Shown here one piece after another: positions 1 through 10,269 of a stretch of 64,000 bases of DNA. Numbering within the stretch: the first letter of the stretch is position 1; each line of letters starts with the position of its first letter. The position numbers were made by a program, and so were the translations under genes. This stretch comes from Candidatus Saccharibacteria bacterium UBA6824. GTDB lineage: Bacteria > Patescibacteriota > Saccharimonadia > Saccharimonadales > UBA10212. The notes beneath the pieces were generated by a model. That model had not been told where the DNA came from and did not search any database. It worked only from the letters and a program-made list of their open reading frames with translations. Where the stretch lies: positions 85,750-149,749 of the forward strand of contig DKEK01000002.1 in NCBI GenBank assembly GCA_002452155.1, written 5' to 3'.

Positions 1-486
1 GCTGGTAGCATCAGCATAGGCTTGGCCCTGCGACGAAACATAGCCGCTATAAACAGCCTGCTGGGTTACGAAGCTTCGATAACCGCTAACCAATATTAAC
101 TTCTGGGAGTCGTTGGCTGCTGCGGCCACCAGTTTTTCCACGGCGCCTGCTGCCTCTGAGCGCAGGTGCATATTTTCGGACGCCGAGCCTTCGCTTAGAG
201 CCACTTTCGGTACAACCAAATTTACCGGGGTGTAATTGCTGGGCAAAATTCGTCCCTTATCGACCACTACCCAGATGCTGGCTGGGTCGTTTATAGAGTG
301 CTGACTTTTATCAAAGCTGGCAGGGGTTGTCGAGACCGACTTAGAAGGTGTAGATGTAATTATTTGAGGTTTTTTAGCCGACTGATCGTCCCGCCACCAA
401 ACCAGCGCGGCCACGATTACCACGAGTACAACAAAGACCAACAACTTTCGTAGTAGATGACGCTTGGCCGCCGGGTGAATAGACAT
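1..486 (-). CDS. D-alanyl-D-alanine carboxypeptidase family protein (VanY/peptidase M15B-like), 5' portion; the gene continues beyond the window edge
   Basis: Reverse translation from the ATG at 484-486 gives MSIHPAAKRHLLRKLLVFVVLVVIVAALVWW..., with an N-terminal TM anchor and then ...ILVSGYRSFVTQQAVY...; the SGYRS motif and overall layout fit VanY-like M15B peptidases. Truncated by the window edge. Confidence 0.5.
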   Translation of the reverse strand, partial: MSIHPAAKRHLLRKLLVFVVLVVIVAALVWWRDDQSAKKPQIITSTPSKSVSTTPASFDKSQHSINDPASIWVVVDKGRILPSNYTPVNLVVPKVALSEGSASENMHLRSEAAGAVEKLVAAAANDSQKLILVSGYRSFVTQQAVYSGYVSSQGQAYADATS

Positions 487-503
487 CAGTTTTATTGTAC
501 AGC

Positions 504-1409
504 TTATTTTAACGAGCTTCGTGCCTTGGCTGCGAGACGGGCGATTAGGCGCAGCAAAAATGGCGCCGCCAGATAAGCGCCCACGGCATAAATTATGCCG
601 AGCAATACATCAAAGGCATAATGTTCGCCCTGATAAACAACGCCAAAATATATCAATGCCGGATATATTAGTGACAAGGCGCCCCATTTTTTTCCGTAAA
701 GCTTAAAGACGAATATTGACAGCAGCGTAGCGCAACCGGCATGAAGACTGGGAATTGCGGCTACTGGGTTGGGAGCAATGTGATTATACAGAGTCGGAAA
801 GTCGCGAATGCCTAAACTGAACCAGACATCGCTAGAGATGCGCGTAATGTGCTGGATATAATGACCGTCGCTAGCCATCCAAGGGGGCGCAGCTGGGAAC
901 AACAAAAAGGTTAAATACCCCAAAAAGAACAAAACTAGATAGGTACTTACAACCCGCCAATATTGGCTATCCCTGGTTTTCCAGACTAATAGCGCCAGAC
1001 CCAGCGGAATGATAAAAAACAACATATAAGGAATGTAGAGTACAAAGTCGTACCACCTTACATGGCCATGCCATAGCCAGTTTTGGGCATAAGTGGTAGG
1101 AAGGTTGCCGAAAAGAAGCTTATCTACATGAGGTGCGAAAGTGTAATTAACGTGCGCATTTAGCTCGTCGGCGAAACCACGGAACGACTCATACACTAAA
1201 AGCAGCAGCACAAAAGGCAGGATGCGCTTAAGCATGCTTATGGCCTGATTAAAGATCATGAAAACAAAAACCAAAAAAATTACTAGCTTATCCGGCGTCG
1301 GAAAACTAAAGTGAGTAACAAATATGAGTAGGCAAGCGACGCTGCCGGCAATGCCAATAAGCCGAACGATATTTTTTTTGATATTTGCCACTAGCATATA
1401 GTGTATCAA
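504..1409 (-). CDS. Polytopic membrane protein, PAP2-like / sphingomyelin-synthase-like phosphotransferase family
   Basis: Multi-TM protein with a PSLHAG motif (PAP2 motif C2, SGH-like) and GEHYAFDVLLG (HYxxDV, PAP2_like_2 motif D4). Confidence 0.45.
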   Translation of the reverse strand: MIHYMLVANIKKNIVRLIGIAGSVACLLIFVTHFSFPTPDKLVIFLVFVFMIFNQAISMLKRILPFVLLLLVYESFRGFADELNAHVNYTFAPHVDKLLFGNLPTTYAQNWLWHGHVRWYDFVLYIPYMLFFIIPLGLALLVWKTRDSQYWRVVSTYLVLFFLGYLTFLLFPAAPPWMASDGHYIQHITRISSDVWFSLGIRDFPTLYNHIAPNPVAAIPSLHAGCATLLSIFVFKLYGKKWGALSLIYPALIYFGVVYQGEHYAFDVLLGIIYAVGAYLAAPFLLRLIARLAAKARSSLK

Positions 1410-1460
1410 GTAAGTGCTCTCCCTCAGATAATTCTCAGGTTTAGGGTTACAATGTAAGGA

Positions 1461-2138
1461 ATGAGGATTCTAGTCGTCGAAGACGAACATAAGATAGCCG
1501 GCGCCATTAAAAAGGGCCTGGAGCAGGAAAAATACGCCGTCGACATCGAATATGACGCCGACGCCGGCTACGGGGCCGCCTTAAACGAGCCGTACGACCT
1601 GATGATTATTGACCGTATGCTGCCCGGCAGTATGGAGGGCATGGACATAGCCCGCCGCCTGCGCGAGAAAAAAATTCATACACCCATCCTGCTTTTGACG
1701 GCCAAAGATCAGACTCGCGACCGCGTGGCCGGCTTGAACGCCGGCGCCGACGATTATCTGGTCAAGCCCTTTTCGTTTGAAGAACTGCTGGCCCGCGTTC
1801 GGGCGCTGCTGCGCCGGCCGGCCGAAACCAAAACTAATGTTTTAAAGGTCGGCGACCTAACCCTGGATACCACAAATTACACCGCCCAGCGGGCCGGCAA
1901 GCGCATCGGCTTAAGCTCCAAAGAATTCGCACTTTTAGAATATTTGATGCGTAATGCCGGCCAAGTACACTCTAAAGAAAATATCATTGCCCACGTCTGG
2001 AACTTCGACGCCGATATTCTACCCAACACCGTTGAGGTTTATATTGGTTATCTGAGGGGTAAAATAGACAAACCATTTAAAGCCAGGCCACTGCTGCATA
2101 CGCTGCGCGGTTTCGGCTACAGAATAGAGGCCCGTTGA
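1461..2138 (+). CDS. OmpR-family two-component response regulator (receiver plus winged-helix output)
   Basis: MRILVVEDE...DLMIIDRMLPG...LLLTAKD receiver motifs with a C-terminal winged-helix; a 4-nt ATGA overlap with the downstream kinase gene. Confidence 0.9.
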   Translation: MRILVVEDEHKIAGAIKKGLEQEKYAVDIEYDADAGYGAALNEPYDLMIIDRMLPGSMEGMDIARRLREKKIHTPILLLTAKDQTRDRVAGLNAGADDYLVKPFSFEELLARVRALLRRPAETKTNVLKVGDLTLDTTNYTAQRAGKRIGLSSKEFALLEYLMRNAGQVHSKENIIAHVWNFDADILPNTVEVYIGYLRGKIDKPFKARPLLHTLRGFGYRIEAR

Positions 2139-3133
2139 TGTTTCGCTCGGCGGCCGCTAAATTAACCGCTGGCTACCTGGCCATCATCATGGCGCTGTCT
2201 ATTGGCTGTAGCTTTGCCCTCTACCGTGTCTCTTCCAACCAGCTGGCCAGCAGCGCTCAGCGGCCAGTTGATCTTTATAACGCCGTGTTTGGTCCGAGTA
2301 GTGCCGGCGACATCAATAATCTTCGCCAGCGTCAGCTGGAGAAGGATCGCAGCCGTCTAAAGGTTAATTTGCTCCTCTTTAATATCGCGGTGCTGGCCTT
2401 TGGGGCCAGTGTCAGTTATATTTTGGCCCGCCGGACGCTGGCGCCCATAGAAGACTCACTAGAAATGCAGAAGCGCTTCACCGGTGACGCCAGCCACGAG
2501 CTGCGAACACCACTAACTGCTATGCAGACAGAGATAGAAGTCGCCCTGCGTAGTCCTGACCTGACTAAAAAAGAAGCTATTGATCTGTTAAAGAGTAACT
2601 TAGAAGAAGTTGGTAAGCTTAAGTCACTCAGCGAAGGCTTGCTAACACTGGCTACTACGAGCAGCCGGGACACCCGGCGCCAGCAGGTGTCTATTAAAGA
2701 TGTGGCCAGCCTAGCCCTGGAGCAAGCGGCCAAACCGGCCGTGGCCCGCAAAATCACCATTAAAAGCATCGTCAAGGAGGCGCACGTGCTCGGCAACCCC
2801 CAGCAATTACTTAATCTGCTAAGTATTTTGCTCGATAACGCCATCAAATATAGCCAGCCAGGATCTAAAATTACGATTGAAACGAAGCCTCAGGATAAAT
2901 ACGCCGTAATCAGTGTTACCGACCGGGGGCAGGGTATCGCAGCTGCCGATCTTCCGCACATATACGATCGTTTTTACCGAGCTGATACTTCACGCAGCTC
3001 CAAAAATGCCCAGGGCTATGGTTTGGGACTGGCTATCGCTAAAAATATCGTTGATCTGCATAAAGGCGCTATCGAGGTTAAGTCAAAACCAGGGAGGGGC
3101 TCCACATTTACTGTCCGCTTACCATTAGCGTAA
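2135..3133 (+). CDS. Sensor histidine kinase (membrane-bound, HisKA plus HATPase_c)
   Basis: Two N-terminal TM segments, an H-box SHELRTPL, an N-box LLDNAIKY, and G-boxes DRGQGI / GYGLGLAI. Confidence 0.9.
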   Translation: MMFRSAAAKLTAGYLAIIMALSIGCSFALYRVSSNQLASSAQRPVDLYNAVFGPSSAGDINNLRQRQLEKDRSRLKVNLLLFNIAVLAFGASVSYILARRTLAPIEDSLEMQKRFTGDASHELRTPLTAMQTEIEVALRSPDLTKKEAIDLLKSNLEEVGKLKSLSEGLLTLATTSSRDTRRQQVSIKDVASLALEQAAKPAVARKITIKSIVKEAHVLGNPQQLLNLLSILLDNAIKYSQPGSKITIETKPQDKYAVISVTDRGQGIAAADLPHIYDRFYRADTSRSSKNAQGYGLGLAIAKNIVDLHKGAIEVKSKPGRGSTFTVRLPLA

Positions 3134-3136
3134 TAT

Positions 3137-4249
3137 TTGGATATGGCAAGACATAAAAATAAACAAGCCTTTGATGTCCACCGGACGCTGCCCAACCCCC
3201 ACCGGAAGGCTATTGCAGCCGCCGAGGCCCCGCCAACCAGGTCGGCAGGAGCCAAGCGGGCGCTATGGAAGCGGTTGCTGGTTTGGACGTTCCTGCTACT
3301 GCTGGCCTTTATTATTTTTGTGGGCACATGGGACGCTATTAATATTTCGCGGGCTGCCACTAAGATATTTGGCTCCGGTAATTTGTTGGGGCTGCTGTCC
3401 GATCGGGGACTTAAAAGCCAAAATGACCGGGTCAATGTCCTGCTCGTCGGTTATTCTGTCGATGACCCCGGGCATCCGGGGGCGGACTTAACAGACTCCA
3501 TACTTTTGCTTTCCATGAATACTCGCAATCACACCGGCTACATGCTTAGCATCCCGCGCGATTTGTACCTTAAAATCCCCGGGTTCGGTTTTGGCAAAAT
3601 AAATGAAGCTTATAAAGATGGCGGCATGCCCCTTCTGGAACAGATCGTCCAAAGTGATTTCGGTACGGAGGTAGATTATTACGCGCTGATCAACTACTCG
3701 GCCGTCCGCGACACCGTCAATGCCCTGGGCGGCATCAATATCAACATTGCCAGCCCCGATCCGCGCGGACTTTATGACACTAACATCAGTCCGGTTGACG
3801 GCGGCCCCCTGAAGCTGGCCAACGGACCGCAGAAACTTGATGGGCAGACGGCGCTCAACTTGACTCGCGCTCGCGGTGACGCCTACGGTTCGTACGGTTT
3901 TGCCCAAGCCGACTTTGACCGTACCCAGCACCAGCGTCAGGTCCTGCTCGCCATCAAAGACAAACTAAACTGGAAGTTAGTGCTAAACCCTCTAAAGAAC
4001 GGCAAAATCTTCCAGGCTATGGGCAAAAACGTCAAAACCGATATCAGTTTGGGCGAGACGCGTTCCTTGTTCAAAACATTTAATTCCATCCCCAGTTCGA
4101 GCCTGCAATCCATCTCACTACGAAGTATTGGTGGCAAGAACTTGCTGGCCAGCTACGGCACCGATAGCGGCCAGTCGGCCTTAGTGCCGGCAAGCGGTCT
4201 AGAAAATTACCTGCAGATCCAAGCCGCCGTCGATCAGCTAAACCAATGA
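3137..4249 (+). CDS. LytR-CpsA-Psr (LCP) family cell-envelope phosphotransferase
   Basis: N-terminal TM anchor, then LLLSMNTRNHTGYMLSIPRDLY...LTRARGD..., a typical LCP core. Lies 4 nt downstream of the kinase gene, so probably the same operon. Confidence 0.85.
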   Translation: MDMARHKNKQAFDVHRTLPNPHRKAIAAAEAPPTRSAGAKRALWKRLLVWTFLLLLAFIIFVGTWDAINISRAATKIFGSGNLLGLLSDRGLKSQNDRVNVLLVGYSVDDPGHPGADLTDSILLLSMNTRNHTGYMLSIPRDLYLKIPGFGFGKINEAYKDGGMPLLEQIVQSDFGTEVDYYALINYSAVRDTVNALGGININIASPDPRGLYDTNISPVDGGPLKLANGPQKLDGQTALNLTRARGDAYGSYGFAQADFDRTQHQRQVLLAIKDKLNWKLVLNPLKNGKIFQAMGKNVKTDISLGETRSLFKTFNSIPSSSLQSISLRSIGGKNLLASYGTDSGQSALVPASGLENYLQIQAAVDQLNQ

Positions 4250-4251
4250 TT

Positions 4252-5157
4252 TTAGCCGGGTGTTTTAATCAGTTTTATGAACAGCCCCAAGCCCAAAATT
4301 ACCAAGGGGAAAATTATGGCCGTACCGACCAAGAAAGCACCGGCGTAGCTGGCCGCCCCAAAAGCGTCGACTAGTTTTATTTTTGCGTGGACCAAGTACG
4401 GCCGGTTGGCCATAGCCAGTAGCAGCGGCGCGGCCAAACCCACGAAACTGGCATAATATTTGAGTTTGAAGTTAGTTTTTCCGCTAATTACCAAAGAAGC
4501 CATAAACAGACCGACGATGCTGAGCAGATCGAGCACCACAATCGGCCATTTTTGCAGACCAATGCCGCTATAGATGATAGCCAGCGGCAAAAAACTACCC
4601 AACACCATCAGCCAAGCACAGTAGAGCACCAGACCGGACCACTTCCTTTTGCTGTCTGATTGCCCATCCAAAAACAGCTTGCCGATGGCTACAATGCCCA
4701 AAATCACACTGAGCATAATCATAAACCCGACTAAGGAGCTCCAAAATGGCTCAGCCGTCAGTAAATAAACTCCGGCAGCGCTAAAGCTAAGCGGAATGCT
4801 AAAACAGGTCAGGGCGAATAAGGAGGCGCCCCATCTTGGCAGGCGGTCGGGCCGCCAATAAAATAAAACTAGCACTACGCAGGCCCGGGCCAAAAGAGCA
4901 AAAAGGCCGACCACCAGCGTAGATAGGAGCGCGCGGCTAAGGAAGTTCAAGGCGTTATTAAATAGCATGGCAACCGTTGTGAAGCCAAAGACTAAAAAGA
5001 CATTTGTGACTTCCCAAAGCGGCGTAAAGTATTTGCGTGTTTGATTTTGGCCGCCGGTCAGAAAACTCAGGGCGACACCGCACTCGACACTGCAGGCCAG
5101 ACCGTACACAGCGAAGAAAATGGCCGCTGTCAGCATCGAGGCGTCAACTAGGCTCAT
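4252..5157 (-). CDS. cydB: Cytochrome bd ubiquinol oxidase subunit II (CydB-like)
   Basis: 301-aa polytopic membrane protein directly downstream of, and overlapping, the CydA-like gene; TPLWEVTNVFLVFG resembles the CydB N-terminal region. Confidence 0.5.
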   Translation of the reverse strand: MSLVDASMLTAAIFFAVYGLACSVECGVALSFLTGGQNQTRKYFTPLWEVTNVFLVFGFTTVAMLFNNALNFLSRALLSTLVVGLFALLARACVVLVLFYWRPDRLPRWGASLFALTCFSIPLSFSAAGVYLLTAEPFWSSLVGFMIMLSVILGIVAIGKLFLDGQSDSKRKWSGLVLYCAWLMVLGSFLPLAIIYSGIGLQKWPIVVLDLLSIVGLFMASLVISGKTNFKLKYYASFVGLAAPLLLAMANRPYLVHAKIKLVDAFGAASYAGAFLVGTAIIFPLVILGLGLFIKLIKTPG

Positions 5158-6457
5158 GCAGTGCCTCCGCCGGATGAAAAACTTTTCTAAGGGCGAATAT
5201 GCTCAGTGCCAACAAGAGCAAATATAGTAGCGGGAAGGTTTCGCCCAGGCCAATCACGGCTTTATTTTGGGTTACGGCGTCGGCTGTGCGCAAAACGCCA
5301 TGAATGACATAAGGCTGCCGGCCAAATTCGGTCACCAACCAGCCAAATTCAGCGCCAATTACCCCCAAGAAGCCGCAAACAAAAAGGCCTTTGAGCATAA
5401 TTTTGCGGTGGGCTATACGAGGCCGCCAGCGTCGAAATACCAGATACAACCCGGGTATTAATATACCAATCGTGCCAATGGCCACCATGCCATCGAAAAA
5501 GTAATGGACGATGACTGGTGGCCGATCGCTCGGCTTAATATCGGCCAGACCCGTGACTTTGCCATTAAAATGACCGGTAGCTAAAAAACTCAACAGGCCT
5601 GGAACCTTAAGGGCATGCTTAACCTCGCTGCCACTGACCGTGCCGCCTACTAGTAGCGGGGCATTGGTTTGAGTCTGCTGCAGCCCCTCAATGGCCGCCA
5701 GTTTAGCCGGCTCGTTTTTAGCCAAAAATTTGCCGGCCCGGTCGCCGGTAAAAGCTACTAATATGCCAAAAATGACCGCCAAGCTAGCCAGGCCAAGCAT
5801 TAATCTCTGTAGTCTAGGCCCCGGCCGGCCTTTGTTGTGCCGCCAGGCAATCCAGGCATAAATTGCCAGTAGCACAAGGGTTGTCGCAAATAAATAAGAC
5901 AGAATTGAATGCGTCACTTCGGTACCGACAGCCGGATTAAAGACCGCTTGGCGGGTATTAATATCCACCGGGTTACCGTTACCGTCCAGCCTAAAGCCGC
6001 GGGGGGTGTTCATCCAGGCATTGACGGTAGTTATCGCAAAGGCCGAACCGATAGATCCGGCCACGATCGGCAAGCTGCATAGCCAATGCTGTAGCGGCGT
6101 AAATCGTTTCCACGAAAGCATATAGATAGTTAAAAACAGGGCTTCGATCAAAAATGCGAACCCCTCGAGCGCAAATGACAGACCGACAACCTTACCGGCC
6201 AGCGAAGTAAATATCGGCCATAGCAGGTTAAACTGCATACTGACAATCGTGCCAGAAATCGCCCCAGCGATGAACAAAACGACCAGCGCCTTAGACCACT
6301 CATGGGCAGTTTGGCGGGCGGCCGGCCGTTTTTTCCAGATACTGTAGGCTTCCAGACCGCAAATCAGCAGCGGTAGGGCCACGCCAAATAGCACAAAAAA
6401 CAGATGAAACCCTAGCGTATCACCAATTAGCCGTCTACCGGCCGCTACCGTTTCCAT
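5144..6457 (-). CDS. cydA: Cytochrome bd ubiquinol oxidase subunit I (CydA-like)
   Basis: FHLFFVLFGVALPLL resembles the CydA helix-1 haem-ligand region, with a periplasmic Q-loop-like segment and 9 predicted TM helices. Confidence 0.65.
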   Translation of the reverse strand: METVAAGRRLIGDTLGFHLFFVLFGVALPLLICGLEAYSIWKKRPAARQTAHEWSKALVVLFIAGAISGTIVSMQFNLLWPIFTSLAGKVVGLSFALEGFAFLIEALFLTIYMLSWKRFTPLQHWLCSLPIVAGSIGSAFAITTVNAWMNTPRGFRLDGNGNPVDINTRQAVFNPAVGTEVTHSILSYLFATTLVLLAIYAWIAWRHNKGRPGPRLQRLMLGLASLAVIFGILVAFTGDRAGKFLAKNEPAKLAAIEGLQQTQTNAPLLVGGTVSGSEVKHALKVPGLLSFLATGHFNGKVTGLADIKPSDRPPVIVHYFFDGMVAIGTIGILIPGLYLVFRRWRPRIAHRKIMLKGLFVCGFLGVIGAEFGWLVTEFGRQPYVIHGVLRTADAVTQNKAVIGLGETFPLLYLLLLALSIFALRKVFHPAEALHEPS

Positions 6458-6556
6458 TGGTTTTAGTATATCTCAGCACTGGCGGCTACCATAACCATAT
6501 TGTAAAGCGTAGTTAAAATGTTTATGATACAACCAAAGCATTAAATAAGGAACAGA

Positions 6557-7099
6557 GTGATGGCATTAAAAAAACACATCGCCGACGCCAGCCTGTACGT
6601 CTGGGCGTTACTTAGAATCGCATTTGGCTATATATTTTTATGGGCTTTTTTGGATAAGTTGTTTGGGCTTGGCTTTTCAACCTGCAGGGATAAAATAACA
6701 GCTGTTATTAGCGGCGGTTGTTCGCAGGCTTGGGCCCATGGCGGCTCGCCGACGAAGGGTTTTTTGGGCAACGCAACGACTGGACCGTTCAAGGACTTCT
6801 ACCATCACCTGGCCGGACAGATGTGGGTTAACTGGTTGTTCATGCTCGGCCTGCTAGTTATTGGGCTTGGTTTGCTACTCGGCATTTGGGTCCGCTTGGC
6901 AGCCTTTGCCGGCATTGTGATGATGTTACTGATGTGGAGTGCGCTGCTATGGCCGGTCAATGCGCCCGGTGTCGACGAGCATATTATCTACGCCTTAGCC
7001 CTGTTTGGCATAGCCCTAGTCGATGACAACCAGGTTTGGGGGCTACGCTCCTGGTGGCGCAAAACCCGCTTGGCCAAAGTCGCACCATTTCTCCGCTAG
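6557..7099 (+). CDS. DoxX-family membrane protein
   Basis: LLRIAFGYIFLWAFLDKL at the N-terminus is a DoxX signature; 4 TM helices. Confidence 0.4.
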   Translation: MMALKKHIADASLYVWALLRIAFGYIFLWAFLDKLFGLGFSTCRDKITAVISGGCSQAWAHGGSPTKGFLGNATTGPFKDFYHHLAGQMWVNWLFMLGLLVIGLGLLLGIWVRLAAFAGIVMMLLMWSALLWPVNAPGVDEHIIYALALFGIALVDDNQVWGLRSWWRKTRLAKVAPFLR

Positions 7100-7109
7100 T
7101 TTCTTGGCC

Positions 7110-8771
7110 TCAAAAATTCTCCCTGATGTGAGACATAGAAAAGTCCCAGTCGGCGTCGGTTTTTTTGTGGGGGTTAAAGATGTTTTCCGGGTCAAAGATT
7201 TTTTTGGCTTGGCGGAATAGCTCGACAATTTCTTTACCGTACATTTGTTCCAGCCACGGGCCGCGGATCATGCCGTCATTGTGTTCACCGGACAAGCTGC
7301 CGCCGTAACTTAGAATCAGTTCATTGACTTCGCGCATTGCCGGCGCCAGCTTGGCACGCTCCGCCGGTTCTTCGATCTTCATCAGTGGGATGACGTGGAA
7401 GTTACCGTCACCCATATGGCCGGCAATAGTTGCCAGTAGTCCATGCCTTTTTATAATTTCGCGCAGGCGCGGCAAAAACTCCGACAAACTAGCCGGTGGC
7501 ACGACTAAATCGTCTATAAACGGCGCTGTATGCTTGTTTTTGACTTTTTTCCGCAGCAGGTTAAAGCTCTCGCGGCGCATAATGCGAAACTTCCAGGCCT
7601 TGGCTTCGGTGCTGTCTTCTTCGGTTGCCTCCAGGTGAAATGGTTTTAAGCCCAAGCGCATGGCGTGGACCTTCTGGGCGACTTCTTCTGGTGTCTGGGC
7701 TGTATATTCAATCAGCAGTACCATTTTGGGTATGCCCTTCAGCAGCAGGAAAGCATCAGGAATCAGGCTCCACGCTAACTTAAACAAGCCCCCCCAGCCC
7801 AGGGTTTTACGGAAGTAAGGGAAGAATTTAATCGCCAACTCCAGCGTATAGTTGTCGAAGGCTTCAAAGCTGGCTGGTTTGGTGGGCGCCACCGTATTGA
7901 TGATTTCGCCCAGCTGGTTGAGGTTTTTCATAAAGCACACCAGCACACCGGAATGAGGCTTATCGTGCACCAGCCGAAACTCAATATCACCGATTAGACC
8001 GAGGGTACCTTGGGAGCCGGTAAATAGCTTGGTCAGATCAAACACCCCGGTTTTGCGGTCCCAGACATCCCACAAGTTGTAGCCGGTCGAGTTTTTGCTG
8101 ACATGCGGCTTGGCCTTTTTTATTTTGTCGTAGTTGGCCACGAGCAGGTCAAACATTTGTTTATATATTTGGCCTTCAAAATTATCTTGGGCCATTTTTG
8201 CTTCCAGCTCGTCTTTCTTGAGCGATTTTAATTCATACATTTGTCCGTCGGCTAATACAACACCTAGTTTGTTGACATAATCTTCGGTCTTACCGTACTC
8301 CAGCGACTTTTCGCCGCCGGCGTTGTTGGCCACCATGCCCCCCATCGCCGCCAGTTCGCGGCTGGCCGGGAAGCTAGGCAGCAGGGCGCCTTTTTGCAGC
8401 GTAGCTTTTTCGAAATCTCGGTAAAAAACGCCAGGCTGGGTACGAGCCGAAAAATCCTGCAGGTCTTCGATTCTGTTCATATAGCGCGTAAAGTCAACGA
8501 TCACAGAATCGTTGATGGCGCCGCCGGACATGCAGGTACCGCCACTGCGGGCAGTCAATGATAGATTTGATACCTTGGCCCGCATTAAGTGGGCGCTTAT
8601 CACCAGCCGCTGCAGATCCTGCGTATTCTTCGGGAACACTACCAGCTCGGGTACCATCTCAAACAGAGAGGCGTCGTGACTATAAAATTCCCGCGTTCGG
8701 TCGGAGCCATCAATGTCGCCCTCAAAACCCCTTTTTTTTAGCAGATCGATAAATGGGCCCACCGTACTCAT
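7110..8771 (-). CDS. FAD-linked oxidase (GlcD / D-lactate dehydrogenase family)
   Basis: FAD_binding_4-like N-terminus (VVFPKNTQDLQRLV...SLTARSGGT...GG) with a C-terminal FAD-oxidase domain. Start moved to the ATG at 8771, which has an AAGGG SD; the longest ORF begins at a TTG at 8816. Confidence 0.75.
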   Translation of the reverse strand: MSTVGPFIDLLKKRGFEGDIDGSDRTREFYSHDASLFEMVPELVVFPKNTQDLQRLVISAHLMRAKVSNLSLTARSGGTCMSGGAINDSVIVDFTRYMNRIEDLQDFSARTQPGVFYRDFEKATLQKGALLPSFPASRELAAMGGMVANNAGGEKSLEYGKTEDYVNKLGVVLADGQMYELKSLKKDELEAKMAQDNFEGQIYKQMFDLLVANYDKIKKAKPHVSKNSTGYNLWDVWDRKTGVFDLTKLFTGSQGTLGLIGDIEFRLVHDKPHSGVLVCFMKNLNQLGEIINTVAPTKPASFEAFDNYTLELAIKFFPYFRKTLGWGGLFKLAWSLIPDAFLLLKGIPKMVLLIEYTAQTPEEVAQKVHAMRLGLKPFHLEATEEDSTEAKAWKFRIMRRESFNLLRKKVKNKHTAPFIDDLVVPPASLSEFLPRLREIIKRHGLLATIAGHMGDGNFHVIPLMKIEEPAERAKLAPAMREVNELILSYGGSLSGEHNDGMIRGPWLEQMYGKEIVELFRQAKKIFDPENIFNPHKKTDADWDFSMSHIRENF

Positions 8772-8838
8772 TACCCTTAAGCTTACGTGACTAAAATACA
8801 ACGCGCAACTAATCAAAAAGTTTTATAATAGGTAGTCC

Positions 8839-9756
8839 ATGAGGCAGTATTTAGAGCTACTAGAAGATATAAGAACCAACGGTGTCAAAAAAAGTGACCG
8901 CACTGGTGTTGGCACAATCAGCGTCTTTGGTCGACAGCTACGCTTTGACCTATCTGAAGGATTTCCGGCAGTCACGACTAAAAAGCTTTTTATGCGCGGT
9001 ATCATCCACGAACTAATCTGGTTTTTACAGGGCAGTAGCAATATCAAGTATCTGGTCGATAACGACGTACACATTTGGGACGAGTGGCCCTACAAACATT
9101 ATCTGATGGAGCAAGGTAAAGAAGTACCGGATTCAAGCAGCGGGAAGTGGAAGAAGGGTATTGCCGAATTTACTGAGCGTATAAAAAACGATCCTGCTTT
9201 TGTCAAAAAATACGGCGAACTCGGTCCGGTATATGGCTACCAGTGGCGCAATTGGCCAACTCCGGACGGCAAGCATATCGATCAAATAGCCAAGGCCATC
9301 GATACCATTAAAAATAGTCCTGATTCACGGCGTATCATCGTCTCGGCCTGGAATGTAGCTGATATCGACGAGATGGCCAAAGCCGGCCTGCCGCCATGCC
9401 ATTTGCTCTTCCAGTTTTACGTAGTTGGCGGTAAGCTAAGCTGCCAGATGTACCAGCGTAGCGCCGATACGTTTTTGGGTGTCCCATTTAATATAGCCTC
9501 TTACTCGTTACTGACGATGATGATCGCCCAAGTTTGCGGGCTTAAGCCGGGCGACTTTGTGCATACGTTTGGCGACACACACCTTTACCTCAACCACTTG
9601 CAGCAGGTGGACGAACAATTGTCACGCCGGCCCAAATCCCTGCCCAAGATGAAAATTAATTCCAAAGTCAAAGACATTTCCGCTTTCACCATTGATGATT
9701 TTGAGCTGCTTGACTATGACCCGTATCCGGCTATTTACGCACCGATAGCGGTTTAA
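8839..9756 (+). CDS. thyA: Thymidylate synthase
   Basis: [12 protein letters not shown] active-site cysteine motif, the RRIIVSAWN motif and DTHLYLNH. Confidence 0.95.
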   Translation: MRQYLELLEDIRTNGVKKSDRTGVGTISVFGRQLRFDLSEGFPAVTTKKLFMRGIIHELIWFLQGSSNIKYLVDNDVHIWDEWPYKHYLMEQGKEVPDSSSGKWKKGIAEFTERIKNDPAFVKKYGELGPVYGYQWRNWPTPDGKHIDQIAKAIDTIKNSPDSRRIIVSAWNVADIDEMAKAGLPPCHLLFQFYVVGGKLSCQMYQRSADTFLGVPFNIASYSLLTMMIAQVCGLKPGDFVHTFGDTHLYLNHLQQVDEQLSRRPKSLPKMKINSKVKDISAFTIDDFELLDYDPYPAIYAPIAV

Positions 9757-9765
9757 GGCTCATTT

Positions 9766-10263
9766 ATGATTATATCTGCCATAATAGCAACAGATACCGA
9801 AGGGGCCATTGGCAAGGATGGGCAAATACCGTGGCGTCTGCCGGCAGAGCAGGCCATTTTTAAAAAAACGACAATCGGCCATTCTATTGTCATGGGTAGA
9901 AAAACCTATGAATCAATTGGCCGGGCGCTGCCAGGCCGGACTAACATCATTATAACTCGCCAAAAAGGCTACCGGGCAGCTGGTTGCGTAGTGGTGGATT
10001 CACTGCAGCAGGCCATGCAGGAAGCTAAGCTGGCAGCTGGCAGTGAAGAGATATTTATAATCGGCGGTGCACAGATCTACCAGCAAGCCATGCCGATGGT
10101 GGATAGGATATATCTGACCAAAGTTCATACTGTCGCTTCCGGCGATACATTCTTTGAATTCGACGAGTCCCGGTGGCAAGAAATATCAAAAACTAAATAC
10201 CAAGCCGACGCTGATAACATTTACGACTACGATTTCATCACCCTGGTACGAAAACCGAAATGA
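9766..10263 (+). CDS. folA: Dihydrofolate reductase
   Basis: MIISAIIA...GKDGQIPWRLPAEQAIFKKTT..HSIVMGRKTYESIG; lies immediately downstream of thyA, the classic gene pair. Confidence 0.9.
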   Translation: MIISAIIATDTEGAIGKDGQIPWRLPAEQAIFKKTTIGHSIVMGRKTYESIGRALPGRTNIIITRQKGYRAAGCVVVDSLQQAMQEAKLAAGSEEIFIIGGAQIYQQAMPMVDRIYLTKVHTVASGDTFFEFDESRWQEISKTKYQADADNIYDYDFITLVRKPK

Positions 10264-10269
10264 TAGAAT

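Noticed and set aside
2416-2847. Antisense ORFs inside confident genes, for example 2416..2847, 3488..3931, 12000..12572, 39820..40332, 40759..41163, 41197..41685, 47229..47663, 28353..28778, 60635..61222 and 61362..61646
   Set aside because: They lie wholly within well-supported genes on the opposite strand, arise from GC-rich codon bias, have no SD sequences or domains, and give low-complexity translations; treated as shadow ORFs.
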